Assembly: GCA_963727525.1 (NCBI GenBank)
Contig: CAVSGO010000007.1
Location: forward strand, 1,184,001 to 1,248,000
Reading direction: 5' to 3'
Length of the DNA: 64,000 nucleotides
Origin: an uncultured bacterium
Lineage (GTDB): Bacteria; Krumholzibacteriota; Krumholzibacteriia; LZORAL124-64-63
Made by a program: the position numbers and the translations under genes. The notes under the pieces are model-generated. The model was given only the letters and a program-made list of their open reading frames with translations. It was not told where the DNA came from and did not search any database. How positions within the stretch are numbered: position 1 is the stretch's first letter; the number at the start of each line of letters is the position of its first letter. This document shows, in pieces, positions 19,528-28,176 of this stretch.

Positions 19528-20373
19528 TCAGGCGTTCTCGCGCGCGAGGCGCGCGAGCCGGTAGTGGTGGCGCGCCTCAGGCGTGCTGCCGAGGGCGTCG
19601 TATGTGAGGGCGAGTTGATACTGCAGGCGGCTATCCTCGGGGAACGCCGCCTCGGCGGCCTGCAGCGCGGTGAGCGCTTCGGGAAAGCGCGTGAGCTTGT
19701 GCAGGCAGGTGCCGCGATAGAACTGGGCTCGCGTGAGCTGGGGCGCCTGCCGCAGCACACGATCGAAGCGTTCGAGGGCGTCGCCATAGCAGCCCTGACG
19801 TAGCAGACACATGCCCGCGTAATAGCTTCCGCGCGCGTCGGAAGGATCGGCGGCCACGGCCTTCTCGAAACAGTTGAGCGCCCGATCGAGCATGCCGGCC
19901 CGCAGATGCACCATCCCGAGCCCGTGGTAGGCATCACGATCCGGCTTGCTCGCGATCGCGGCCTCGAACGCGCGCACCGCCTCGTCGGTGCGCCCTTCCT
20001 CCGCGTACAGCGCGCCGAGGTTGTAATACGTCTCCGCCGATGCATCCTCGTGGAAGATCGCCTTGCGGTAGGCGCGCACCGCGTCGTCGCTGCGTCCGCG
20101 ACGGTCGAGGGTGACGCCAAGATTGGTCAACAACGCGCCGCTGGTGGGATTGACCGCGAGCCCGTCGCGGAACCAGCGCTCCGCGTCTTCGAGGTCGCCC
20201 GCCTTCAGGCACACGCAGCCGAGGCGGTAGTACCAGTCCCAGTGTCCGCTCTCCTGGACGACCGCGCGCCGGTAGGCGCGGACAGCCTCGGCCCAGTCGC
20301 GCTTCAGCTCGGCATCGCGACCGGCCTGGTACCACGCGGCGGCATCGGGTTGGGCTTCGGGTTGGGCGCACAT
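19528..20373 (-). CDS. TPR repeat protein (about 8 repeats), probably leaderless
   Basis: Tandem TPRs (YYRLG, LTNLG, YYNLG, YHGLG, YYAG, FYRG, YQLA); ATG 20373 lies 7 nt after a -10 box. Confidence 0.85.
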   Translation of the reverse strand: MCAQPEAQPDAAAWYQAGRDAELKRDWAEAVRAYRRAVVQESGHWDWYYRLGCVCLKAGDLEDAERWFRDGLAVNPTSGALLTNLGVTLDRRGRSDDAVRAYRKAIFHEDASAETYYNLGALYAEEGRTDEAVRAFEAAIASKPDRDAYHGLGMVHLRAGMLDRALNCFEKAVAADPSDARGSYYAGMCLLRQGCYGDALERFDRVLRQAPQLTRAQFYRGTCLHKLTRFPEALTALQAAEAAFPEDSRLQYQLALTYDALGSTPEARHHYRLARLARENA

Positions 20374-20380
20374 GGGCGGT

Positions 20381-20409
20381 ATGGTAGTCGAGGCGGGTCG
20401 GTCGGTCAA
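20381..20409 (-). promoter_or_regulatory. sigma70 promoter for TPR-uppP (leaderless)
   Basis: TTGACC-N17-TACCAT-N7-ATG. Confidence 0.7.
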
Positions 20410-21188
20410 CGATCCTCGATGTGCACCTCGAGCAGGATCCGCGTCTCGCCGCTCGTTCCCAGGGCGCTACGCGGAATGCGGACCGGGACCACCAGCGCCA
20501 CCGGCGCATCGGACCGCGGGCCATCCTCGTGGTAGCCGGGCGTGTGCGGGGTTCCCGGCACGGGTGGCGAGGAGTCGAATCCGGCCGGGCTGCCGTCGGG
20601 GCCGGGAACCGGGCTCTGGGCGGCGAGCTGCTGCTGCAGGATCTGCCCGATGGTGAGGCTCAGGATGGCCTTGAGCGCCTCACGCACCCCCTCGCCGTTG
20701 GTCACGTCCGCCGGGAACGACAGCAAGCCCCACGGATTGAGCAGGCTCTCGAGGCGGTCCACCGGCAGCACCGCGGCGGCATCGCGGTTGTTGTACTGCA
20801 GCACCACCGGCACCGACATGAGATCGCGGTTCCAGGTATCGAGGAAGCCCTTCAGCGCCTCCATGGCACTGAGCGCCTGGTCGAGCTCGTCGGGGCCCGA
20901 ACTGCAAGCGAAGACGATCCCATCGAAGGGCGGACGCTGTGTCGGCGCCAGCGCCAGGTTCTCGCGCCCCACGTCCACGGCCTGGACGAAGACCTGCCAG
21001 TCGCCCTGCTGGCCATTGCGCAGCATGAAGGCGATCTGGCGACTCGAGTCCTCCGTGGCGACGGCCAGCCGGTGCTCCGGGGGGAGCGATTGCTGGATTC
21101 GCGCCAGGGTCTGTCGCTTTCCGACGCCTGCCGGACCATAGTACAGGATCCGGCAAGATCGTGTGGCCGTATGCTGGGCAGTGAGCAC
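20406..21188 (-). CDS. Degenerate MglA-like small GTPase with C-terminal extension
   Basis: RILYYGPAGVGK, FDGIVF, VPVVLQYNNRD, LNP...FPA....GEGV..ALKAI resemble MglA; GTG 21188 after GGAGG. Confidence 0.75.
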   Translation of the reverse strand: MLTAQHTATRSCRILYYGPAGVGKRQTLARIQQSLPPEHRLAVATEDSSRQIAFMLRNGQQGDWQVFVQAVDVGRENLALAPTQRPPFDGIVFACSSGPDELDQALSAMEALKGFLDTWNRDLMSVPVVLQYNNRDAAAVLPVDRLESLLNPWGLLSFPADVTNGEGVREALKAILSLTIGQILQQQLAAQSPVPGPDGSPAGFDSSPPVPGTPHTPGYHEDGPRSDAPVALVVPVRIPRSALGTSGETRILLEVHIEDR

Positions 21189-21233
21189 CTTGCGCCTCCG
21201 TCGCGAACCATCGCTTGTGAGCAACACCTGGCA

Positions 21234-21248
21234 GCAACATCCGTGCCA
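21234..21248 (-). promoter_or_regulatory. sigma54 -24/-12 promoter
   Basis: TGGCACGGATGTTGC, exact match to TGGCACG-N4-TTGC. Confidence 0.8.
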
Positions 21249-21263
21249 TTCGAATGGTCATTG

Positions 21264-21288
21264 AAGCGACTCCTGGGCAACGGGTTAC
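21264..21288. promoter_or_regulatory. IHF-like site upstream of the sigma54 promoter
   Basis: AAGCGACTCCTGGGCAACGGGTTAC, same spacing as the 14513 and 45184 motifs. Confidence 0.4.
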
Positions 21289-21500
21289 GTCGTCCGCCGA
21301 TACGGACCCGGCAAAATGCACCCTGGAGGCGCCCCGGCAGCGGGGACTTCGCCATGGCATTGCGGAAGGCCCCGCGGCGAGTTCCTGAAGTTTCTGCTCA
21401 GTCCCGATGGGTGAGGCAAGGATCTTGCTGTCCCACCGCGAGATCAGGCGGTACGCGCCGCCACCGCACCACGGGACGGACCCCCATACGGGAGCGAACG

Positions 21501-21941
21501 ATGGCCAGCAATACCCCGCAGATCCTCAAAACGATGTTCTCCCGGCTGCTGAACGTGGAGGTCGAACCGGCGCTCGCCGCCAAGCTGAGCGCGGTCATCG
21601 ACAGCGTGACCGAGCGGGTGGGCAACAACTTCGACCTCGAGACGGTCCAGGGCCAGAACACGTTCCGGGCACTGCTGTGCTCGATGGTCGTTCACGGCTG
21701 GGGCAACGGGATGCATCCCTTCCACAACCCTGAGAACGACCTCGAAGGCCAGCCCATCGAGGTGCGGGTGAGTAAGGACATCCTGATGCAGATGGCTGAT
21801 CTGCAGTCGCTGCGGTACGTGAAGAAGGATGCGGAAGGGCGGGTCAGGAAGGCCCTCTTCGAACCCGATCAGAACACCCGGATCCGCCAGCAGATCGACG
21901 ACATCCTCGGCGAGATCAGTGCGACCAAGTGGTCCGAATAG
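21501..21941 (+). CDS. Hypothetical protein (146 aa)
   Basis: RBS GGGAG, ATG 21501, normal globular composition and high third-position GC; family not recognised. Confidence 0.8.
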   Translation: MASNTPQILKTMFSRLLNVEVEPALAAKLSAVIDSVTERVGNNFDLETVQGQNTFRALLCSMVVHGWGNGMHPFHNPENDLEGQPIEVRVSKDILMQMADLQSLRYVKKDAEGRVRKALFEPDQNTRIRQQIDDILGEISATKWSE

Positions 21942-21951
21942 GTCGCCCATG

Positions 21952-21990
21952 GACGACGCGCGACCAGGGGGCCCCCGATCGCGCGTCGTC
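21952..21990. terminator. Hairpin between convergent genes
   Basis: GACGACGCGCGA...TCGCGCGTCGTC. Confidence 0.65.
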
Positions 21991-21998
21991 TTGAAGAT

Positions 21999-22553
21999 CT
22001 AGAAGAGTTTCTGGCCCTCGGCGAGGATCTCGTTCAGCGCGTCCTTGAAGTACGTCGTGCCGCTGGCGGCCTCGGCCCCCACTTTCTCCTTGTACAGCTC
22101 CCACGATTTCTTGATCTCCGGCCCCAGGACCTCGAGCAGATTGCCGTCGGCCAGGGCGCGATCGCGCGCCTCGCGGTTGTACACGACGATATCCGAGACG
22201 AGCGCCCGGGCGAGCATCTCGGTCTTGTCGCGACGCCGTCGGGCCGTCGACCGCGTAGGCGCTTCCGCCACGGCCACGGCCGGTTCGGTACGCGCTGCGG
22301 CGGGACGCGGCGCCGGTGTCGCCGGCGCGGTGGGCGCCTCGACGGGCGACGTGAAGTTCTCGAAGCTCTCGAGGCTCTCGAGCCCCGTCACGGCGGCTGC
22401 CGGACGCGGCGAGGGCGCAGCGGTCTCCGGCGCCGTACCATCGAGGGTGAAGACGGTCTTGCAGTTCGGACAGCGTACGCGCACCTTGCGCCGGGGCACC
22501 TTGTCGTCGTTCAGGCGGTACCGCACGCGGCAACCGGTGCAGGTGGTGATCAT
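21999..22553 (-). CDS. Zinc-ribbon (MJ0042-type) protein with Pro/Ala linker and RomX-like C-terminal domain
   Basis: CTGC...CPNC; C-terminus LARALVSDIVVYN...EIKKSWELYKEKV...YFKDALNEIL; RBS GAGGAGAGG. Confidence 0.75.
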   Translation of the reverse strand: MITTCTGCRVRYRLNDDKVPRRKVRVRCPNCKTVFTLDGTAPETAAPSPRPAAAVTGLESLESFENFTSPVEAPTAPATPAPRPAAARTEPAVAVAEAPTRSTARRRRDKTEMLARALVSDIVVYNREARDRALADGNLLEVLGPEIKKSWELYKEKVGAEAASGTTYFKDALNEILAEGQKLF

Positions 22554-22602
22554 GGCCAGAATCCTCTCCTCTCAGGTTCAGCGCTCCAGGAACACGTGAG
22601 GA

Positions 22603-22629
22603 TCTTCGGCCGCTACCTGTCGATCTTTA
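22603..22629 (-). promoter_or_regulatory. sigma28-type promoter
   Basis: TAAA-N15-GCCGAAGA. Confidence 0.7.
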
Positions 22630-22642
22630 ATCCTGAATAGCC

Positions 22643-24724
22643 TCACCCGGCCGCCACGGGCACCAGCTTGCCGTAAGCCAGCTGGAGCTGGCGATGCAGG
22701 GGCGCCACGGCGGGCGCCTCCAGATGGGGATCCCCGGCCAGCAGGGCGCGCGCATCCTCGGCGCAGGCGCGCGCGAGGTCGCCGTCGCGTAGCGGGTTGG
22801 CCAGGCGGAAGCCCGGCACGCCGTGCTGACGCTCGCCCCAGAGGTCGCCCGGACCACGCAGGCGCAGGTCCTCCTCGGCCAGTTCGAAGCCGTCGGTGGT
22901 GCGCGCGAAGAACTGCAGACGATGCCACGTGGCCTCGGCGAGGTGGTCGTCGGCCATGAGCCAGCACCACGACGCGCCGCCGCCGCGGCCGATGCGCCCG
23001 CGCAGCTGGTGGAGCTGCGCCAGGCCGAAGCGCTCCGGATGGTGGATCACCATCCAGGCGGCGTTCGGCACATCGACCCCGACCTCCACCACCGTGGTGG
23101 CCACCAGCACGTCGATCTCGTTGGCAGCGAAGGCGGTCATCGCCGCCTCCTTCTCGCGCGGCTTGAGCCGGCCGTGCACCAATCCCACGCGCTGGGATCG
23201 GAAGGCGCCGGACGCGAGGTTCGCGGCCTCGCTCACGGCGGCCTTGATGTCGAGCGTCTCGCTCTCCTCCACCACGGGATAGATCACGTAGCCCTGGCGC
23301 CCAGCCTGCACGAGGTCGCGGCACTGCGCGTACACGCGCGTTTCGGCTCCCGCGTTCACGACCTGCGTGTCCACGGGCTGGCGGCCGGCGGGCATCTCGT
23401 CGAGGAGCGAGAGATCGAGATCGCCGTACAGCGTGAGTGCGAGGCTACGCGGGATGGGAGTGGCGCTCATCACGAGCAGGTGCGCGGGCACCTCGCCGTC
23501 GCCGCGCGCCGTGCGCCCGCGCTGCCGTACGCCGAAACGATGCTGCTCGTCGACGATGGCCAGGCCCAGGTTCGGCAATTGCACCTGGTCCTGGATCACG
23601 GCGTGCGTACCCACGAGCAGATCCACCTCGCCCTGGTTCGCGGCGCGGATGCGGCGGCGGCGCTCGGCAGCGGGCAGGGAACCGGTGAGCACCTCCACCG
23701 ATACGTTCAGTGGCGCGGCCAGGCGCTGCAATGTGCGGCCGTGCTGCTGCGCAAGCACCTCGGTGGGCGCCATGAGCAGGGCCTGGTATCCCTGCTCGAT
23801 CACGAAGAGCGCCGCGATGAGCGCCACCAGCGTCTTGCCCGACCCCACGTCGCCCTGCAGGAGACGGTGCATGGCGCGGCCCCGCCGCAGGTCAGCCAGG
23901 ATCTCGGCCAGCACGCGACGCTGGCCGCCGGTGAGCGCGAAGGGCAGCGCTGCCACGAGACGCGTGGTGAGGTCGCCCGGCTTCTCCAGCGCGATGCCGG
24001 GCTGGTCGACCTGCGCGCCGCGCCGCAGAGCCATGATGAGCTGGATGGCGAGCAGCTCGTCGTACACCAGACGGCGGCGGGCGGCGTCGTGCTGGGCTTG
24101 GTCGTCGGGGAAGTGGATGCCGCGCAGTGCGGTGCGCAGATCCACGAAACCGCGCCGGCGGCGCAGGGCGTCGGGCAGGTGATCGACCACCTGGGGTGCA
24201 AGGTCGGTGAGCGTTTGGTGTACCAGGCGGCGCAGCCAGTGCTGACCGATGCCCGCGGTGAGCGGGTACACCGGCACCAGCCGACCGGTGTGGAGCTGCT
24301 CGTTCTCGGCCTCGAGCACCTCCCAATCGGGATGGGTGAGCTGGCGACGGCCGCCGTGCACCTGCACCAGGCCGCTGAGCATCACCTTCTGGCCGCTGCG
24401 CAGTTGCTTGAGGAGCTGGCGCTGGTTGAACCAGACGCAGAAGATCACCCCGCTGTCGTCGGCCACGGTGACCGTCTGCAGGCTGCCGCCGCGCCGCGTG
24501 CGCCGGTCCCCGCAGGTGAGCACTTCGCCCAGGATCGTGGCTTCCTCTCCCACGCGGAGACTGCGAATGGGGATGGCGGTCGTGCGGTCGAAGAACCGCC
24601 GCGGGTAGTGCCGGAGCACGTCGGCGGCCGTCTCCAGGCCCAGGCGCGCCAGGGCAACGGATCGCACTGGACCCACCGTGCGCAGGTACTGGACCGGGCT
24701 GTCGAGGGAGAGCGGCGGTTTCAT
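22643..24724 (-). CDS. recG: ATP-dependent DNA helicase RecG
   Basis: [57 protein letters not shown]. Confidence 0.98.
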   Translation of the reverse strand: MKPPLSLDSPVQYLRTVGPVRSVALARLGLETAADVLRHYPRRFFDRTTAIPIRSLRVGEEATILGEVLTCGDRRTRRGGSLQTVTVADDSGVIFCVWFNQRQLLKQLRSGQKVMLSGLVQVHGGRRQLTHPDWEVLEAENEQLHTGRLVPVYPLTAGIGQHWLRRLVHQTLTDLAPQVVDHLPDALRRRRGFVDLRTALRGIHFPDDQAQHDAARRRLVYDELLAIQLIMALRRGAQVDQPGIALEKPGDLTTRLVAALPFALTGGQRRVLAEILADLRRGRAMHRLLQGDVGSGKTLVALIAALFVIEQGYQALLMAPTEVLAQQHGRTLQRLAAPLNVSVEVLTGSLPAAERRRRIRAANQGEVDLLVGTHAVIQDQVQLPNLGLAIVDEQHRFGVRQRGRTARGDGEVPAHLLVMSATPIPRSLALTLYGDLDLSLLDEMPAGRQPVDTQVVNAGAETRVYAQCRDLVQAGRQGYVIYPVVEESETLDIKAAVSEAANLASGAFRSQRVGLVHGRLKPREKEAAMTAFAANEIDVLVATTVVEVGVDVPNAAWMVIHHPERFGLAQLHQLRGRIGRGGGASWCWLMADDHLAEATWHRLQFFARTTDGFELAEEDLRLRGPGDLWGERQHGVPGFRLANPLRDGDLARACAEDARALLAGDPHLEAPAVAPLHRQLQLAYGKLVPVAAG

Positions 24725-24750
24725 GGGCCATCCGATTGCGGGAAAAGACC

Positions 24751-24779
24751 TTGCCGTCCAGGCGTCCGCATGTTAAATT
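24751..24779 (+). promoter_or_regulatory. sigma70 promoter of rpmB
   Basis: TTGCCG-N17-TAAATT with TGn extension. Confidence 0.65.
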
Positions 24780-24816
24780 CCCCGGCCCTGGAATTCAATG
24801 CCCATCGGAGGGTGTC

Positions 24817-25008
24817 ATGAGCCGCAAGTGCTCCGTCTGCGACAAGGGTCCACAGTACGGTAACCGGGTCAGCCACGCGCATAATCTGACCCGGCACCGC
24901 TGGATGCCGAACCTTCAGAAGATCAAGTTCGAGCAGGGCGGCAAGGTCGTCCGCGGGTACGTGTGCACACGATGCATCCGCGCCGGCACCGTCAAGAAGG
25001 TCGTCTGA
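24817..25008 (+). CDS. rpmB: 50S ribosomal protein L28 (Zn-ribbon, C+ form)
   Basis: [31 protein letters not shown]...CTRC; RBS GGAGGG. Confidence 0.96.
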   Translation: MSRKCSVCDKGPQYGNRVSHAHNLTRHRWMPNLQKIKFEQGGKVVRGYVCTRCIRAGTVKKVV

Positions 25009-25018
25009 GTCCCCTGCG

Positions 25019-26458
25019 TCAGCGAACCCGCTTGAAGACGTGCGTCAGCCCTTTCGACTCCACGAGAGGGCTGGTGGCGCCGATATCGAGCTTGGCGATC
25101 GTCGAGCGCAGTGGCTCGACCATATCCTTCGGATTCACCCACCCGATATCGCCCCCCTGCGCCGCTGTCGGCCCTGTCGAGAAGCGCACGGCCAGCGAGC
25201 CGAAGTCGTCGCCGCGCGCGAGCGCGACCTTGAGGCTGTCGGCCGCCCGCGGGTCACCGGTGACGATATGCATGAGATGCACCTTGCCGGTCTCGCGTGC
25301 GCTGGCGACCTGCGCCCCTTCCGTCGTCAGTTCCCGGCGCCATTGCGCGAGCTCGCCCTGGCTCGATGGGTCGCGCCGGTCGAGTAGGCCGACGACCTGC
25401 AGCGCATCGTCGTAGCGGCCGAGCTTCTCCAGGATCTGCCCCTTCACCACCAGACCCGACAGCTGTGACGAATCCTGCGCCACCGCGCGGTCGACCTCGG
25501 ACAGGGCTTGCTCCAGCTCGCCGACACCCTCGAGGTGGATACCATAGTTGAGGTGGCCGATCGGATCGTCGGGCGCCAGGGTGACGTAGCGCGCGAATTG
25601 CTCGCCTGCCTCGTCGACGTGGCCCTGGATCTCGAGCACGTTGGCCAGGTTGAAGCGGTGCCGCGGCTCCTCGGGCGCCATCTTCACCGCCTGACGAAGT
25701 GCCGCGAGAGCCGAATCGGGCTTGTTGGCCGAGAACCACGCCTCGCCAAGGCCTCCGTAGGTTTCACCGCTGGGTTGCATCGCCACGGCGCGCTGGAAAA
25801 TGCCCACAGCTTGCCTGGACTGGTGCGCCATGATCTTCAGTTCGCCCAGCGTCACCAGGTCCCCGGCATTCTCCCCCTCGACATCCATGGCGTCGCGGAG
25901 ATGCTCCGCCGCCTGGCCCCAGAGCTGCTTGCGCTTGGCGAGATTCGCGAGCAGACGGTGCAGCCAGGGTTCGTCCATACCCTGGATCTGGAGCTGGTTG
26001 AGCAAGTTGTAGGCCTTGGCGTCCTGGCCCCGGTTCATCGCCAGACGCGCCAAACCCTCGAGAATGCCGGCGTGGCGCTGGTCGAGCGCAAGACCCTTCT
26101 CCCACTCGGCCTCGGCGGAGTCGAGCTTGCCCGTGCCCAGAAGCGCACGGCCGTACCAGTAATGGGCGTCGGCATTGTCCGGCGCCAGCCGCGCCGCCTT
26201 CTCGCCGTAGTCCACGCCCGCCGCGTTGTCATCCTGCGACACCGCGATCACGGTGAGCGGCAGCAGTGCGTCCACGGAGTCGCCGGAGCGCTGCAAGCAC
26301 TCCTTCAGTGCCGGCTTCGCCGCGGCGTAATCCTGAGCCTTGAAGAGCCGCACCCCCTCGCCGCACGGGTCGGCCAGGGGAGCCATGGGTTGTGCACGGG
26401 CGGCGGTGGCGGCGAGGCAGAGCGCAAGGAGCAGGACGGACAGACGGTTCACGGACAT
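25019..26458 (-). CDS. Exported TPR protein with C-terminal parvulin PPIase domain
   Basis: Signal peptide, many TPRs, HLMHIV...FGSLA..FS.GP.AAQGGDIGW...SPLVES..G.HVFK. Confidence 0.85.
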   Translation of the reverse strand: MSVNRLSVLLLALCLAATAARAQPMAPLADPCGEGVRLFKAQDYAAAKPALKECLQRSGDSVDALLPLTVIAVSQDDNAAGVDYGEKAARLAPDNADAHYWYGRALLGTGKLDSAEAEWEKGLALDQRHAGILEGLARLAMNRGQDAKAYNLLNQLQIQGMDEPWLHRLLANLAKRKQLWGQAAEHLRDAMDVEGENAGDLVTLGELKIMAHQSRQAVGIFQRAVAMQPSGETYGGLGEAWFSANKPDSALAALRQAVKMAPEEPRHRFNLANVLEIQGHVDEAGEQFARYVTLAPDDPIGHLNYGIHLEGVGELEQALSEVDRAVAQDSSQLSGLVVKGQILEKLGRYDDALQVVGLLDRRDPSSQGELAQWRRELTTEGAQVASARETGKVHLMHIVTGDPRAADSLKVALARGDDFGSLAVRFSTGPTAAQGGDIGWVNPKDMVEPLRSTIAKLDIGATSPLVESKGLTHVFKRVR

Positions 26459-26519
26459 CCTCTCGGGTTTCGCGACGGTGACGCGCTGCAAACAACCCCG
26501 GATCCCGCTCCGGGTTCCC

Positions 26520-28175
26520 CTAAGCGATCCAGCGCCTCACCGGTCCGAGCCAGAATCCGCGGCTGGCCCACCACCAGCGCGGCTGATCGGGTCTCACCGC
26601 GCGGCGTGCCTCCACCAACCGTTCGGCGTCGGCGCCCCGGCCCTGGCGACGCCAGAGGCCGGCCAGCGGGACGATCCAGGCATCCGGCCACACCGCGGCG
26701 GGCGGCGCCGCCGCGCTACCCGCGGCCGCCGCAGCCACGAGCCAGAGCGCTCCGGTCTCCTCGTCGGCCGTTCCCACGTCGATCAGCGACTGCGCCAGCG
26801 ACAGGGCGGTGTCAGGTTGCCCATCGCGCAGCTCTCGATGAATGGCAAGCTGCTGCCAGGCCGCCGCTCCGGGCTGGTCCGCGGCCGCCTCCGGCGGAAC
26901 CTCGTCCGGCGCCTCGGGCGCCAGCCCCATCCGCACGGCGAGTCGCGCGCGCAGCAGCAGCAGACGTTGGTCCTGCCCGGCACTGCCGGGCCAGTGCGCC
27001 ACGCCGTGCTCCACACGATCGGTGAGGCCGAGCGTGAGCGCGTATGCCAGCGCGAGAAAGTGCAACTCCACGTCGCCGGTCCACAGCTCCATCAGCTCGT
27101 CGAGACGCGCGAGGCAACGATCGGGACGTTCGTCGGCGTCGTCGCACGCGGCCAGTAGCAGGGCCGCGCGTGCGAAGTGATGCGGGAGATCGTCCCAGCC
27201 CGCGAGAAGCCTGCGGCTCGCGTCGACATCGCCGAGCAGGAACGCCACCACCGCGCGCAGATAGGCCAGGAAGATCTCCTCGTGCCGGCCCGCGGCGCCC
27301 TCGGTGCGCGGCATGGCGTCGGCGAGGAAGTCGTGCGCCGCCGCGACGTCGCCCTGATCGGCGAGGATCAGGCCTTTCAGGCACACGGCCGTGCGATAGC
27401 GACCATTGATGGCCAGCGACGCGTCCACCTCGCGCAAGGCGTCGTCATCGCGTCCGACCTGGAAGAGTGCCGCAGCGTGTTTGGCACGGATGTCCGGATA
27501 CCGCGGGTGCTCGGCCGCGAGTTCGCCCAGCCGGGCGAGCCCCTGCTCCCACTCCCCCGCCTGGCAACGCGCCACGGCATCGGCGAGCCGATCTTTCAGG
27601 GCGTCTCCTGCCACCTCCTGGCGCAGGAGTCGCGGCAGATCGTTGGGCAGAGTCGTGGCGTCGAATCCGCCATCGCGGGCGAGCACGTCGAGCAGGCGGT
27701 GCGGCACCCGCCGACCCGACTCCACCAGAGCGTCGAGGCTATTCGCGGACTCGCGCTCGCGGTGTTGCGCCTGCAGCGCCGTCGCCTCGAGCAAACGCGC
27801 CTCGCAGTAGTCGGGATTGCGACGCAGCGCCTCGCGCGCCGCCGTGAGCGCGAGCGACCAGTCGCCCGCCAGACCGGCGGCCGCGCCGCAGAAGAATTGC
27901 AGGTCGGGAAATTCGGGCCAGGCGTCAGCAGCAGCCCGCAGGTCGTCGAGCGCACGCGCCGGTTCGCCGGCGCGTAGCAGCCGGCGCCCCTCGGACATGA
28001 GCGCCTTGCGCAGATAGAAGCCCGCGAGGGACCCCCGCGGGCTGCGATCGTCGAGCGCCCCTGCCTCCCGCAGCCGCGTGGCCGCCTCGGCGTAACGCCC
28101 CCCCTCGAAGAGCGCGATGCCCTCCGCGTAGGGATCACCGCCCCGACCACCGAAGAGCTTGCTGAAGATGGTCAT
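26520..28175 (-). CDS. TPR repeat protein directly after ftsZ
   Basis: ATG 1 nt after the ftsZ stop; TPR-like units (PEFPDL, NPDYCEA, HPRYPDI). Confidence 0.75.
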   Translation of the reverse strand: MTIFSKLFGGRGGDPYAEGIALFEGGRYAEAATRLREAGALDDRSPRGSLAGFYLRKALMSEGRRLLRAGEPARALDDLRAAADAWPEFPDLQFFCGAAAGLAGDWSLALTAAREALRRNPDYCEARLLEATALQAQHRERESANSLDALVESGRRVPHRLLDVLARDGGFDATTLPNDLPRLLRQEVAGDALKDRLADAVARCQAGEWEQGLARLGELAAEHPRYPDIRAKHAAALFQVGRDDDALREVDASLAINGRYRTAVCLKGLILADQGDVAAAHDFLADAMPRTEGAAGRHEEIFLAYLRAVVAFLLGDVDASRRLLAGWDDLPHHFARAALLLAACDDADERPDRCLARLDELMELWTGDVELHFLALAYALTLGLTDRVEHGVAHWPGSAGQDQRLLLLRARLAVRMGLAPEAPDEVPPEAAADQPGAAAWQQLAIHRELRDGQPDTALSLAQSLIDVGTADEETGALWLVAAAAAGSAAAPPAAVWPDAWIVPLAGLWRRQGRGADAERLVEARRAVRPDQPRWWWASRGFWLGPVRRWIA

Positions 28176-28176
28176 C

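Noticed and set aside
21386-21410. TGAAGTTT...CCCGATGG sigma28-like motif
   Set aside because: Spacer is 2 nt too short
20421-21500. First 360 codons of the 506-aa ORF
   Set aside because: Antisense to the MglA-like gene; real start with RBS is at 21501
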